A DNA stretch of 64,000 bases from Fibrobacteria bacterium (GCA_041746255.1 JBGTHM010000014.1:1-64000), one strand, 5' to 3'; shown: positions 50,415 to 61,243, counted from the stretch's first letter. Numbers and translations are program-made. The notes: generated by a model not told the origin, from the letters alone.

Positions 50415-51716
50415 ATGAATTTATTGCAGCAGTATTGTGAAACTCGGCGGGTGACCGAAGGGCTGTGTCGGCCACTCGAAATTGAAGATTATGGCCTACA
50501 GTGCATGGACGATGTCAGTCCGCCCAAATGGCACCTCGCGCATACCACGTGGTTCTTCGAAACCTTCGTCCTTCGCCCTGAACTACCCGCTTATCGGATT
50601 TTCCACTCCCGCTTTCACGAACTCTTCAATTCATACTACCTAACGGCCGGAGCCCCCCTTTCCCGTTCACGGCGGGGGCGGCTTTCGCGACCGACGGTAG
50701 CGGAGATCTATGCCTACCGCCGGCATGTGGACGAGGCCATGAGAACGTTGCTTGGGGATGATCCGCAAGCGGTGTCGCCCCAAGCCGCAGGGGTTGTCGA
50801 GCTCGGCATTCATCACGAACAGCAACACCAGGAATTATTGTTGATGGACATCAAATACAATTTCTGGTGCAATCCCTTACGTCCGACCTACCTTGAGCCA
50901 AGGTCCGCTTCGGCTGATCACAGCGTGACGGTTTCAGCGCCGGGGTGGGTCGGTTTCGCCTCCGGTATACGCGAAATCGGCGATAGGGGAGAGCGTTTTG
51001 CTTTTGACAATGAAAAGCCGAGGCATTTGCAGCACCTGGAGTCCTACTCGCTGGCCGACCGTCCCGTTACTTGCGGAGAATTCCTCGAGTTTATCGAAGC
51101 CGGGGGTTACGGCCGCCCGGAATTATGGCTATCCGACGGTTGGGACGCGGTGTCGCGGCTGGGGTGGAATGCCCCTCTGTATTGGGAGCTGGAAGGCGGA
51201 GAATGGAGGCAATATACGCTGCGCGAAGGCATGCGGCGCATGGATGAAGCCGAGCCCGTTTGCCATATCAGTTATTTCGAAGCGGACGCCTTTGCGCGAT
51301 GGTCGGGGAAAAGATTGCCCACCGAAGGAGAGTGGGAGACGGCGGCGAACTCCGTGGTAAAGGAGGAAGGTGACGTCATGGTCGGTGCGAACTTTCTCGA
51401 AAGCGGGGAACTGCATCCTCGCTCCCTGAATCGGGCCAGCGGCGGAGCGGCTTCCCGGCCCGGCTTGCAAAAGCTGTTCGGGGATGTGTGGGAATGGACC
51501 CAAAGCGCGTATTCAGCCTATCCGGGGTATAGCCCACTCCAGGGAACCCTGGGCGAGTACAACGGTAAATTCATGAACAATAATCTGGTTTTACGCGGCG
51601 GCGCCTGTGTCACCCCGGGATCGCATTTACGCGTGAGTTACCGGAATTTTTATCGCCCGGATAGTCGATGGCATTTTTCGGGCGTACGCCTGTGCCGGAA
51701 TGGAAAGAATGAATAA
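50415..51716 (+). CDS. egtB: Ergothioneine biosynthesis sulfoxide synthase
   Basis: SPPKWHLAHTTWFFE, HHEQQHQELL, FDNE, GEYNGKFM, YRNF. Confidence 0.95.
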   Translation: MNLLQQYCETRRVTEGLCRPLEIEDYGLQCMDDVSPPKWHLAHTTWFFETFVLRPELPAYRIFHSRFHELFNSYYLTAGAPLSRSRRGRLSRPTVAEIYAYRRHVDEAMRTLLGDDPQAVSPQAAGVVELGIHHEQQHQELLLMDIKYNFWCNPLRPTYLEPRSASADHSVTVSAPGWVGFASGIREIGDRGERFAFDNEKPRHLQHLESYSLADRPVTCGEFLEFIEAGGYGRPELWLSDGWDAVSRLGWNAPLYWELEGGEWRQYTLREGMRRMDEAEPVCHISYFEADAFARWSGKRLPTEGEWETAANSVVKEEGDVMVGANFLESGELHPRSLNRASGGAASRPGLQKLFGDVWEWTQSAYSAYPGYSPLQGTLGEYNGKFMNNNLVLRGGACVTPGSHLRVSYRNFYRPDSRWHFSGVRLCRNGKNE

Positions 51717-52680
51717 TACCCTGGAACCCTTATGCGATTTGGCTCCTGAAATGGGAATGCAACCCGAAGAAATCCTTACCGGCCTCACGAAAACGCCGAA
51801 AATTTTACCGCCGAAATACTTATACGATTCGCGGGGATCCCGGCTTTTCGACCGTATTTGTGACTTGCCGGAATATTATCCCACCCGATCCGAAGTCGAA
51901 ATACTCAATGAACATGCCTTCGAAATGGCGGCATCAATCGGGAACGACGCCGTGCTGATCGAATACGGCAGCGGCAGTAGCCTGAAAACGGATATTTTGC
52001 TCAAGAATTTGACCGAGGTAGCCGCCTACGTTGCCATCGATATCGCACGCGAACATTTGCTGACTTCGGTGGAGAGTTTATCGGAGCGCTTTCCCGATCT
52101 CCGGATATTCCCCGTATGCGCTGATTACATGCGCTTGGATACTTTGCCGATTGAAGGGGATTTACCCGGCGGCAAGAGGGTGGTTTTTTTTCCGGGGTCG
52201 ACTCTGGGTAATCTTCACCCTCAGGATGCGGCTTCCCTATTGCGCCGCATGCGCCGGCTGTACGGGCCCGATGGTTATCTCATACTCGGCGTGGATTTAC
52301 GCAAAGATAAACGGGTGCTGGAAAACGCCTATAATGATTCCCAAAATGTTACGGCCCAGTTCAATTTAAACCTGCTTCGCCGTCTGAATAGAGAACTGGG
52401 AGCCGATTTCCGCTTGGAGGCCTTCCGTCATCTGGCCTTTTTCAATGCGGAAAAATCCCGGATTGAAATGCACCTGGAATCGCTTTGTAAACAGTCGGTC
52501 ACCCTGGTGGGGAAGCAGGTGTGGTTTGAGAAAGGTGAAACCTTGCACACGGAAAACTCTTATAAGTATGGCCTTGAGGAAATTCGCTCCCTGCTGCGCG
52601 CGACCGGTTTCGATCCGGTGGCGAGTTGGACGGATTCCCGCGGACTTTTCAGCCTTCACTTCGGTCGATCCTCCTACTAG
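51700..52680 (+). CDS. egtD: L-histidine N-alpha-methyltransferase
   Basis: PKYLYD.RGS.LF, EYYPTR.E, EYGSGS, GSTLGN, TENSYKY. Confidence 0.95.
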   Translation: MERMNNTLEPLCDLAPEMGMQPEEILTGLTKTPKILPPKYLYDSRGSRLFDRICDLPEYYPTRSEVEILNEHAFEMAASIGNDAVLIEYGSGSSLKTDILLKNLTEVAAYVAIDIAREHLLTSVESLSERFPDLRIFPVCADYMRLDTLPIEGDLPGGKRVVFFPGSTLGNLHPQDAASLLRRMRRLYGPDGYLILGVDLRKDKRVLENAYNDSQNVTAQFNLNLLRRLNRELGADFRLEAFRHLAFFNAEKSRIEMHLESLCKQSVTLVGKQVWFEKGETLHTENSYKYGLEEIRSLLRATGFDPVASWTDSRGLFSLHFGRSSY

Positions 52681-52797
52681 GCCTGGCAGCCTGAGCCCCC
52701 AGCCGTTCCTTTGCCAACCTATAAAAGGCTTGTGCGGTATTTTTCAAACATTTATCTCATGAATAAGGGGGTGGATGTGAAACCAACGGGGGGCGAA

Positions 52798-53997
52798 ATG
52801 GGGAATAAGGCGATCGCTTTGAATCATGCCAAGGAGGGTATTGATTCCTCCGACTTCTCGGAGTTGACCGAACCTCGTGAGGGATGGTGTGTTTCCCTTT
52901 ATCTCCCGCTTGTAACCACGGGTAGGGAACTCCACCAGTCTCCCATCCGCTTGAAGAATCTCAGGGGCCGGGCTTATGAATTGTTGCGGGAAAAAGGCAT
53001 GCGCGGTTCCGACTTGGAAGCGTTTTTCGAACCCTTGGACAACCATTTCTCCACCGCTTTCATTGATAAATATCAGGGGCAGGGTTTGTGCCTTTTCCTG
53101 GCTGAGGGTTTCTTTCGCTGCTTCTATCCTCCCTTGCGATTCGACGAATTCGTACACCTTGGCCATCGCTTTCATTTGAAGCCGCTGCTTCCCCTCATAT
53201 CGGAGGGGCGAAGGTCGTATCTGGTGCTGGCCCTGGGCTTGCATCAAACCCGGCTTTTCCGGATGACGTTACAAAGTATGGAAGAAATGGATTTGCCGGG
53301 CGTGCCGTCTACGATCGAAGGAGCGCTGAATAAAGATGTTCCGGAACAGGGTCAGCAATTTTATACCGGAACTCCTTCGCAAGGACCCGGTCGCATGAGG
53401 CCGGCTATTTTTTTCGGCACCGGAGGCGGCCGGGACGGTCGCGAGATGAAAAGAGAGATCCTGCAATATTTCAAAATCGTGGATGGCAAGCTGCAAGGCG
53501 TAATGGCGAATGAGCGCGATCCTCTGCTGCTGGCGGGGATTGATTATTTACTTCCGCTTTTTCGAGACGCTTCTGCTTATGGAAATATCCTGGATGAAGC
53601 CATCACGGTCAATTCGGAAGGAATGTCGGTAGGCGCTCTTCATGCGCTGGCCTGGGAGAAAGTCAAGCCGCAACGGGACCTGGCGGTGACGGAGGCTCTG
53701 GAAAAATACCGGGCGAAAATGGCGTCCGGTCTGGGAGGCAATGACCTCTTCGCCGTAGTCCCCGCGGCAGCCTATGGTCGAGTGGAACAGTTGTTTCTGC
53801 CGGGCGGGCGCAATAAATGGGGCGCCTTCGACATGAATTCCGGACGGGTGGAAATCCATTCCACCGAGAAGGAGAATAGTGTCGATTTACTGGACCTGGC
53901 GGCGGCCCAAACGTTGCGGAACAACGGAGAGGTTTTCGTCCTGGATGCCGAAGCCATGCCCGACCATACCGGCATCGCCGCAGGCTATCGCTACTGA
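52798..53997 (+). CDS. Bacterial archaeo-eukaryotic release factor homologue (baeRF3/7-type)
   Basis: CVSLYLP, RFHLKPLLP, YFKIVD, PLLLAG, AAAYGRVEQLF, DLLDLAA..TL..NGEV, AAGYRY. Confidence 0.82.
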   Translation: MGNKAIALNHAKEGIDSSDFSELTEPREGWCVSLYLPLVTTGRELHQSPIRLKNLRGRAYELLREKGMRGSDLEAFFEPLDNHFSTAFIDKYQGQGLCLFLAEGFFRCFYPPLRFDEFVHLGHRFHLKPLLPLISEGRRSYLVLALGLHQTRLFRMTLQSMEEMDLPGVPSTIEGALNKDVPEQGQQFYTGTPSQGPGRMRPAIFFGTGGGRDGREMKREILQYFKIVDGKLQGVMANERDPLLLAGIDYLLPLFRDASAYGNILDEAITVNSEGMSVGALHALAWEKVKPQRDLAVTEALEKYRAKMASGLGGNDLFAVVPAAAYGRVEQLFLPGGRNKWGAFDMNSGRVEIHSTEKENSVDLLDLAAAQTLRNNGEVFVLDAEAMPDHTGIAAGYRY

Positions 53998-55106
53998 TCC
54001 GATTCCGAATCCTTTGCTCGACCCGCTGTGGGGCTATCCGACTGCGAGTGGAGTTCGGCGCGCACCCGCGGCAGTGCGGCGGGATATTCCCTTTGGATAA
54101 AAGCAATCATGCGTTCGCGCAGCAGGCATCGCAAATCCCAGGCTTGGGAGGCATCCTTCGCGCTGACTAGAAGCCGCAGTTCCAGGGTTTCCGGTTTGGA
54201 ATCGGTGACTTGCAGCCCGCACACTTTTCCGTCCCAAAGGTCGGTGGTTTTGACCTGTTTCAACAATTCTTGGCGTATTTCCTCCACGGGTACCGTATAG
54301 TCGGTATACAGGAATACGGTGCCCAGGATATCCGCCGAGACTCGGGTCCAATTCTGGAAAGGCGTTTCGATAAAATAAGTTATGGGTACTACGAGGCGCC
54401 GCAAATCCCAGATTCGCACAACGACATAGGTCAAGGTGATTTCCTCGATGCGTCCCCATTCCCCTTCCACAATGACCACGTCATCCATGCGAATAGGCTG
54501 GGTGATGGCGATTTGAATTCCCGCCAACAAGGTGCTGATGCTTTTCTGCGCCGCCAAGCCGATGATTATACCCGCAATGCCAGCGGAAGCCAGGATGCTC
54601 ACGCCGATCTGGCGGATGCTCTCGAAAGTCATGAGCATGAAGGCGGCCGATGCGATAATCACCACCACCAACAGGACTTTCTCCAGAACCCCGATCTGGG
54701 TATACACTTTGCGGGCCAGCAGATTATCACCCGCGCCTATGTCATGCCTTTTCAATACCATGTCCCGCAAAAAGGAGATGCCATTGATGAGGAGAAAGGA
54801 GATGGAAGCGATAAAGAGCAGGCTCATGCTGTGATGGAAGAGACCCATGGCCGATGGGGGCAGGCGCAGCGAAGGAACCACCAAGTTGATGAAAAGCAGA
54901 GGAAATATGAGACGGCTGGGTTTACGGGCATACCGCAGTAGGGCTTCGTCTCCAAAAATACCGGTATGGCCGCTGAGCCGACCCAGGATTTTGAACAGCA
55001 TGGCATGCACAATGAGGCCCAGCAGGATTGCGCTGAGCACATACCCGGCTGAAATCAGCAGGTCATGCGAAAAATAGGCATGGGGTAGGGTTTTAAGGAA
55101 TTCCAT
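53991..55106 (-). CDS. MscS-family mechanosensitive channel
   Basis: ASAGIAGIIIGLAAQ, GIQIAITQPIR, GRIEEITLTY, FQNWTR. Confidence 0.93.
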   Translation of the reverse strand: MEFLKTLPHAYFSHDLLISAGYVLSAILLGLIVHAMLFKILGRLSGHTGIFGDEALLRYARKPSRLIFPLLFINLVVPSLRLPPSAMGLFHHSMSLLFIASISFLLINGISFLRDMVLKRHDIGAGDNLLARKVYTQIGVLEKVLLVVVIIASAAFMLMTFESIRQIGVSILASAGIAGIIIGLAAQKSISTLLAGIQIAITQPIRMDDVVIVEGEWGRIEEITLTYVVVRIWDLRRLVVPITYFIETPFQNWTRVSADILGTVFLYTDYTVPVEEIRQELLKQVKTTDLWDGKVCGLQVTDSKPETLELRLLVSAKDASQAWDLRCLLRERMIAFIQREYPAALPRVRAELHSQSDSPTAGRAKDSESDQ

Positions 55107-55219
55107 AGCGTATAGGCGGCAAGGGTCGCTGCCCGAATTAAAAGTATCATAATCTCCCCTTTTTGGGGGTAGAATCCATTCAAGACCTTCCGCGAGTGTC
55201 TACCGTCGGGTTTACGGTG

Positions 55220-55480
55220 TCAGTTGGGGCTATTGAACTGCAGGATTTCGCGGCGAATTCGGCGTTTTGCCAGCGATTGCGATATGCCTCTCCAGATACC
55301 ATGGGGTCGGGAAAAACCACGTGGCTTGTTTAGCGAGACCAATCGTTTATATATTCGGAATGCGAACAGAGCCAAGCCTGCTTTGGCGATGAATGCGCCC
55401 ACCATCAGGTTCCGATTTTCCCGGCGGCGCGAGGACAACCCGCGAAAGTTTTTCCTCCAACTGCGAACGGCATTCGACAT
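55220..55480 (-). CDS. Small basic hypothetical protein
   Basis: Strong SD AAGGAG before ATG; one hydrophobic segment. Confidence 0.5.
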   Translation of the reverse strand: MSNAVRSWRKNFRGLSSRRRENRNLMVGAFIAKAGLALFAFRIYKRLVSLNKPRGFSRPHGIWRGISQSLAKRRIRREILQFNSPN

Positions 55481-55677
55481 GGTAAGCTCCTTTTGGTGGA
55501 ATTGAAATACTTTCGCTATCCGATTAAATAAAAATCCGATAGGCCATTAGGCAAAGGGAATCGAGTCTGTAAATTTGCTTCCGATGCCTATGCGACTTTT
55601 ATTTTCAATGGCCTTTTACTATAACTTTGAAGCATGACGGAATTAATCCCGCCCCCCGGCCTGAAAGGAAATTAGCG

Positions 55678-56679
55678 ATGCCAGCAGCGATGCAAGTCAT
55701 GCGATTGGATGCACCCGGCGAGATGCTACGCAGGGTGGAGGAGCCGATACCGGTTCCCGGCGCCGGGGAGGTGTTGGTAAAAATCCGGCACGCGGGGATC
55801 AATCACCGCGATTTGTGGATTCAAAAGGGAATGTACAGTTCCATGGCCCTACCCTGTATTCTCGGCTCAGATGCTGTCGGGGAAGTGGTGGGCGGCGATG
55901 ACGAACCGAAGTGGAGGGGGCGGGACATTCTCATTCTTCCCTCGCTGGAATGGGGAAGTGATGACAAGGCTCAAGGCCCCCGATTCCGCATACTGGGGAT
56001 GCCTGATGCGGGCACTTTCGCCCAATATATTCGCGTCCCTTGCGAAAATATTTTCGCCAAACCCGCCCACCTTTCCGACCCGGCCGCGGCGGCATTGCCT
56101 CTGGCGGGACTGACCGCTTATCGGGCCTTGTTTACCCGAGCGCGATTGCAGCCGGGCGAACGGATTTTACTTACGGGAATCGGCGGCGGGGTGGCGCTTA
56201 TGGCCCTGCAATTCTGTCTGGCGCAGGGAGCGGAGGTATTCGTCACCTCCTCGCAAGAGCCAAAACTTAAGAAAGCGAAAGAACTGGGGGCCGCCGGGGG
56301 CGTTAAATACTCCACTCCAGCGTGGAAAGAAGAATTACTGGCTCTGGCCGGAGATTTCGATTGCATTTTGGACAGCGCCGGTGGAGATTCCTTTCAGGAA
56401 CTGCCGGATGTTTTGAAGCCTGGCGGGAGGCTGGTCTGTATCGGAGCGACCCGCGGTAATCCACCGGGCCTGCCCCTGCGAAAAATCTTCTGGCGACAAG
56501 CCACCCTCCTGGGAAGCACCATGGGTTCGCCGACTGAGTTTTCGGCCATGCTACGCTTTGTGGAGGAGAAACGCATCGAGCCGCTCGTGGATCGAACCTT
56601 TCCCCTGGGCGAGGTCAATCAAGCCCTACAGCGCATGGATACCGGCGCGCAAATGGGTAAATTGGTGTTATCGGTTTAG
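55678..56679 (+). CDS. MDR-family NAD(P)H:quinone oxidoreductase / zinc-binding dehydrogenase
   Basis: AGINHRDLW, ILGSD, LAGLTAYRAL, TGIGGGVA, GSTMGS, GKLVL. Confidence 0.9.
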   Translation: MPAAMQVMRLDAPGEMLRRVEEPIPVPGAGEVLVKIRHAGINHRDLWIQKGMYSSMALPCILGSDAVGEVVGGDDEPKWRGRDILILPSLEWGSDDKAQGPRFRILGMPDAGTFAQYIRVPCENIFAKPAHLSDPAAAALPLAGLTAYRALFTRARLQPGERILLTGIGGGVALMALQFCLAQGAEVFVTSSQEPKLKKAKELGAAGGVKYSTPAWKEELLALAGDFDCILDSAGGDSFQELPDVLKPGGRLVCIGATRGNPPGLPLRKIFWRQATLLGSTMGSPTEFSAMLRFVEEKRIEPLVDRTFPLGEVNQALQRMDTGAQMGKLVLSV

Positions 56680-56723
56680 ACGACGATTGTTTTTGTGAAA
56701 ACGGGTAGGCCGACAGACCAAGC

Positions 56724-59126
56724 ATGAAGATTGCCGCGCTTTTATGGATATGGATACTCGCGACTTCCCTTGCCGCGGCGGAAAACAGCGGTAGCGACAG
56801 TACCAAATCGCACATAGACAAGGTGGTGGTAGAGATGCCATCGGGCTTCCATTTCCGAGTGGCGGGTTATGTCGCGGCGGTGGAAAAGGGCTATTACGCC
56901 GACGCCGGTTTGAACGTGGTCTTGCAGGAAGGCGATCCCGAAAGAATTGCTTCGGAGCGGGTGCTGAAGGATCAGGCGCAGTTCGGAATTTCCGGATCGG
57001 AAATCGTTCTGAACAGGATGCGGGGCGATCCCGTTGTGGTCTTGGCGGTGATATTCCAGCATTCGCCCCATGCGCTGATGGTGCGTTATGACTCCGATAT
57101 ACTCACTCTCAGGGATCTTATCGGGCGCAAAGTCATGATCGAAATGAACCAGCGCGACGCCGAACTGATGGCGATGTTCCGGAAAGAAGGCATCGACATG
57201 TCCGGAATTACCTTCCTACGCAATTCAGGGGATATCGGCGATCTCATTCTCGGAAAAACGGATGCCATGGGCACTTATGCAGCCTTGGGCCCGGCGCAAT
57301 TGCAGTCGCGCGGAATCCCCACCAGCCTTATCCATCCGTCGCATTACGGAATCGATTTTTACGGCGACTGCCTGTTTACGACCCAGGAGCAGGTTCGCTT
57401 TCATCCCGAACGGGTTGAGGCGTTCCGTCGGGCCACCCTGCGAGGGTGGAAGTTCGCGATGGAAAATCCGGACGAACTCATCGATTTGCTGATGACCCGT
57501 TTCGAAGGGGATAAACGAGGGCTTCGGCGATCCCATTTGCGCCATGAGGCCGAAGCCATGCGGCAACTCACCGACATTAATCTGGTGGAACTCGGGTATA
57601 TGAACATCGAGCGCTGGGAACGTATCGCCAAAACCTATGCGGATTTGGGCATGGCCGCGCGTCCTTACACGCTGGAAGGCTTCGTTTATTCTCCGCCGGG
57701 TAAAACCGATTATTCCTGGGTGCGGTGGATTGTCGCCATCGTGGCCGTCGCGACCATGCTCATCCTGGGAATTTGGCTATGGAACCTTCGCCTGCGCACC
57801 GAGATTTCCCGTCGAACCTCGGAACTCACGGGCAAGAACGACGAACTCATGCGCGAAGGGGTGGAGAGACGCAAGGCCGAGGAGAGCCGAGCCGAGCTGG
57901 AGGAACAGTTGCGGCAATCCCATAAAATGGAAGCCATCGGACAGCTCGCCGGCGGTGTCGCCCACGATTTCAATAATTTGTTGACTCCCATTATCGGATA
58001 CGCGGAACTGACGCTCATGGAAACGCCTCCCTCCTCACGCCAACATTCCAATCTCTCGCATATTCTCAAATCCGCCGATCATGCGAAAATGCTGACCACC
58101 CAACTGCTGGCTTTCAGCCGCAAACAGGTTTTGGAGATGAAAGTGCTCAACCTTTCCGAGGAGATAGCCCACTTCGAAAAGATTCTACGCCGCATCATCC
58201 GGGAGGATATCGAAATCACGACCCGTCTCGACCCTGATGTCGGCCGGATCAAGGGTGACCCGACCCAGTTCCAGCAAATTCTCATGAACCTGGTGGTAAA
58301 TGCCCAGGACGCCATGCCCGGCGGGGGAAATCTCACCATCGAGACCGGCAATGTGACGTTGGACGAGGCTTTCGTACTCACCCATCCCGACGTGGTTCCC
58401 GGCCACTATGTCAGTTTGACGGTGAGTGATACGGGTGACGGTATGGACGAGAATACGCGCAACCGTATTTTCGAGCCGTTCTTCACCACCAAGGAGAGGG
58501 ACAAAGGCACCGGGTTGGGATTGGCGACGGTGTATGGAATCGTCAAACAACACGGCGGCAGTATCTGGGTGCAATCCGAGCCGGGTCAGGGTTCCACTTT
58601 CAAAATCTTCATTCCCCGCACCGACAATTCGGTTGACGAAGTCGAAGATGAGAAGCACGGATCCGCTCTCGTCCATAATGGCGAAACCCTGGTAGTGGCG
58701 GAAGACGACGAAATGGTACGGAAACTCACGGTGGAAATCCTCGCTTTGCACGGATATAACGTGCTGGAGTCCGTTACTCCCGAAGATGCTTTGCAAATTG
58801 CGCGGGACTATGCAGGGGAAATCCACATGCTGGTCACCGATGTGGTAATGCCCAAGATGAACGGCATTGAATTGTACCGCAACATGCTCGCCATTCGACC
58901 CGGAATCAAGGTGCTGTACCTTTCCGGCTATACGGACAACATTCTCGCTACCCATGGGATGAGCGCTTCCAATATCAAGCTGCTGCAAAAACCCTTTTCG
59001 GTGCAAAGCCTCACTTCGAAGGTGAAGGAAGTATTGGAAGAGGAGAAACCCGGGAAGGCGCAGGCGGATGACGCAGCCGAGGAGGTGGGTCAAGGTTCGC
59101 GGAAATCGCCCGAATCGTCGATATAA
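56724..59126 (+). CDS. Hybrid sensor histidine kinase (periplasmic NMT1/THI5-like, TM, HisKA, HATPase, REC)
   Basis: [61 protein letters not shown]. Confidence 0.92.
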   Translation: MKIAALLWIWILATSLAAAENSGSDSTKSHIDKVVVEMPSGFHFRVAGYVAAVEKGYYADAGLNVVLQEGDPERIASERVLKDQAQFGISGSEIVLNRMRGDPVVVLAVIFQHSPHALMVRYDSDILTLRDLIGRKVMIEMNQRDAELMAMFRKEGIDMSGITFLRNSGDIGDLILGKTDAMGTYAALGPAQLQSRGIPTSLIHPSHYGIDFYGDCLFTTQEQVRFHPERVEAFRRATLRGWKFAMENPDELIDLLMTRFEGDKRGLRRSHLRHEAEAMRQLTDINLVELGYMNIERWERIAKTYADLGMAARPYTLEGFVYSPPGKTDYSWVRWIVAIVAVATMLILGIWLWNLRLRTEISRRTSELTGKNDELMREGVERRKAEESRAELEEQLRQSHKMEAIGQLAGGVAHDFNNLLTPIIGYAELTLMETPPSSRQHSNLSHILKSADHAKMLTTQLLAFSRKQVLEMKVLNLSEEIAHFEKILRRIIREDIEITTRLDPDVGRIKGDPTQFQQILMNLVVNAQDAMPGGGNLTIETGNVTLDEAFVLTHPDVVPGHYVSLTVSDTGDGMDENTRNRIFEPFFTTKERDKGTGLGLATVYGIVKQHGGSIWVQSEPGQGSTFKIFIPRTDNSVDEVEDEKHGSALVHNGETLVVAEDDEMVRKLTVEILALHGYNVLESVTPEDALQIARDYAGEIHMLVTDVVMPKMNGIELYRNMLAIRPGIKVLYLSGYTDNILATHGMSASNIKLLQKPFSVQSLTSKVKEVLEEEKPGKAQADDAAEEVGQGSRKSPESSI

Positions 59127-60628
59127 TTCCAGTCCTTGCCGGTTTGTACGCGCGCGAGACCCTTGAAAAAATTGCAGGCGGCATCGAAGCGCGGTGCTAT
59201 GACGACGGCGCCGGTTTGATTGATGTATCCGAAACGCCCTTCAATTTTGACGACCGCCAGGTTTTCTGAAAACCAGGATGCGAAATCGAAACGCGGCGGG
59301 ATGGCGAAATTTCCGACGGTGTCGATGAATCCCCATTTACCGCCCTGAATTTCCCCCGCGCCTCCGATTCGGCCTCCCATATTGATGCGAGCCAACCCCT
59401 CGGAAAAGGGATAGGCGAAATCGTAGCGAAGCGGGATGGCAAGCCTTCCCTCTTTATCGATGTACCCCCATTTTTTGATCCAACCGAGCCATATCGTTTG
59501 CTGTACGGCGGCCAAACCTTCCGAGAAGGAACCGGCCCGATAAAACCTCTGGCCGATGCGGCGGGCGCCGGTACCATCAATGTAACCCCAGGAAGCTTTG
59601 CCGCCCGGTCCGCTGCGAACCGCAGCCATCCGCTCATGGAAATGCCCGGCCTCGTCGAATTGCGGCGGTACGGTGACCCGGAAATCGGAAGAGGAATAGC
59701 CCCACTTCCCGTCTATCAGCACGCGCGCCATCTCTTCGGAAAAGTGCAGGGATTCGCGCGCGTCGGGAGGAATGATCATGCGTCCTTCGCCGTCGAAATA
59801 ACGCCACTCGCCGGCCAGATTGCGGGTTCGGCCCATGCCATTCCCGAAGTCTTCCGCTTCGTCGTAATCGGTGGGTACAATCAGCGTCCCGGAAGCGTTG
59901 ATGAATCCCCATCGGCGTCGCGGGTAGTTTCCCATGGCCACCCGGGCGCAGCCTTCGCGGAATGGGGAGGCCGCATCGAAGGCGGGAGCTATGGCGAACC
60001 GGCCGGTCGCATCCACGTAACCCCATTTTCCGGAACCGTCCTCCGCGCTTATTACCGCTGCCAGCCCCTCCGAAAAGCGTTCCGTTTCCAGAAACCTACC
60101 GGGGATGGCGGCGTTGCCCCGCGCATCGATATAGGTCCAATAATCACCGGAAAGAACCCGGGCCCGTCCTCCGTGAAAACCGTCGGCGTTTTGATATTGC
60201 GGGGGTATGACCATGCTGCCGGTTGCGTCGATGAACCCGGCCTTGCCGTCGACCCATGCCACGGCGAATTCCTCACTGAAATCGCCCAGCCGCTCGAAAT
60301 GCGCAGGCACCTGGAATTCACCGGCCTTGTTTATGAAGCCCCATGCAAGTCGGCCCGCTTCATGCAGCCCATTGCCTTCAGGCGTCGACTTCACGGCAGC
60401 CAGACCCTGATGGAAATCCCGAGCTTCCAAAAAGGTTTGTTTTATCGCAAACTCGCCGTCTTCATTGATATAGCCCCACAGACGCACATCCCCGATTTTC
60501 GGTTCAAAGGAAACCGCCGCCAGGCCTTCGGAGAAGGACGAAGCCGTGGAAAAACGCGGCGACAGGAGGCACCTGCCGTTTTCATCGCAATATCCCCATT
60601 TTCCTTCGGATTTGAATGGAACCAGCAT
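59090..60628 (-). CDS. WG-repeat protein
   Basis: About a dozen repeats of F.EGLAAV....KWG[YF]I...G...I.P.F. Confidence 0.92.
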   Translation of the reverse strand: MLVPFKSEGKWGYCDENGRCLLSPRFSTASSFSEGLAAVSFEPKIGDVRLWGYINEDGEFAIKQTFLEARDFHQGLAAVKSTPEGNGLHEAGRLAWGFINKAGEFQVPAHFERLGDFSEEFAVAWVDGKAGFIDATGSMVIPPQYQNADGFHGGRARVLSGDYWTYIDARGNAAIPGRFLETERFSEGLAAVISAEDGSGKWGYVDATGRFAIAPAFDAASPFREGCARVAMGNYPRRRWGFINASGTLIVPTDYDEAEDFGNGMGRTRNLAGEWRYFDGEGRMIIPPDARESLHFSEEMARVLIDGKWGYSSSDFRVTVPPQFDEAGHFHERMAAVRSGPGGKASWGYIDGTGARRIGQRFYRAGSFSEGLAAVQQTIWLGWIKKWGYIDKEGRLAIPLRYDFAYPFSEGLARINMGGRIGGAGEIQGGKWGFIDTVGNFAIPPRFDFASWFSENLAVVKIEGRFGYINQTGAVVIAPRFDAACNFFKGLARVQTGKDWNYIDDSGDFREP

Positions 60629-60745
60629 GGTTTGCCTTCACCCTGTTTTGAGCAATGATATCTTGCTCATGCCACCATGGGCAAGGCAAAAGCCCGCAGA
60701 GGAATTCCCTGGTTTTCCGGAGCTGGGATTTAGTACTCTACTTCC

Positions 60746-61183
60746 ATGCAAACACTCGCGCCTGAAAAACACCGGATCCCCATCGCAGCAGGAACCATAT
60801 TGCTGGTTGAGGACGAAGACATCGTTCATCGGCTCCTATGCCAAGTGCTGGAAATGCAGCATTACCGGGTATTGAAAGCGACCACGGGAGCGCAAGCCTT
60901 GGAGTTGGCGGGGAATTTTTCCGGAACCATCGATTTGTTGGTGGCGGACGTGGAACTGGAAAGGTCCATGACCGGTTGTCAACTGGCCCGTTCGCTGCGG
61001 CGATTGCGGCCCCAGATGAAAGTCCTGTATATTTCCGGTTATTGCCTCGATTTGAACCACATGCCGGACTGTGCTTCCATAAGGCGGGAAACCCAGGAGC
61101 TCATGGCGGGCTATCTGGAAAAGCCTTTCAGCCCCTCGGCGCTGGCCGAGAAGGTGCGGTCGGTGCTCAAGGGAATTCATTAA
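60746..61183 (+). CDS. Single-domain response regulator
   Basis: ILLVEDE, LLVADV, YISGY, EKPF. Confidence 0.88.
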   Translation: MQTLAPEKHRIPIAAGTILLVEDEDIVHRLLCQVLEMQHYRVLKATTGAQALELAGNFSGTIDLLVADVELERSMTGCQLARSLRRLRPQMKVLYISGYCLDLNHMPDCASIRRETQELMAGYLEKPFSPSALAEKVRSVLKGIH

Positions 61184-61243
61184 GCATAGCGATTTATCGC
61201 CGGGGCCGACCGCGGCCGCCGGTAATGCCCGGCAGGGATTGAC

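Noticed and set aside
50415..51716. SenA or OvoA assignment for the sulfoxide synthase
   Set aside because: No senB/senC neighbours, no C-terminal methyltransferase; adjacent egtD supports EgtB
55548..55600. c-di-GMP-I riboswitch (GGCAAA start)
   Set aside because: Lacks the GNRA P2 loop and GCAAA(A/G)C junction consensus
59498..60658. 386-aa + strand ORF
   Set aside because: Antisense shadow of the WG-repeat gene
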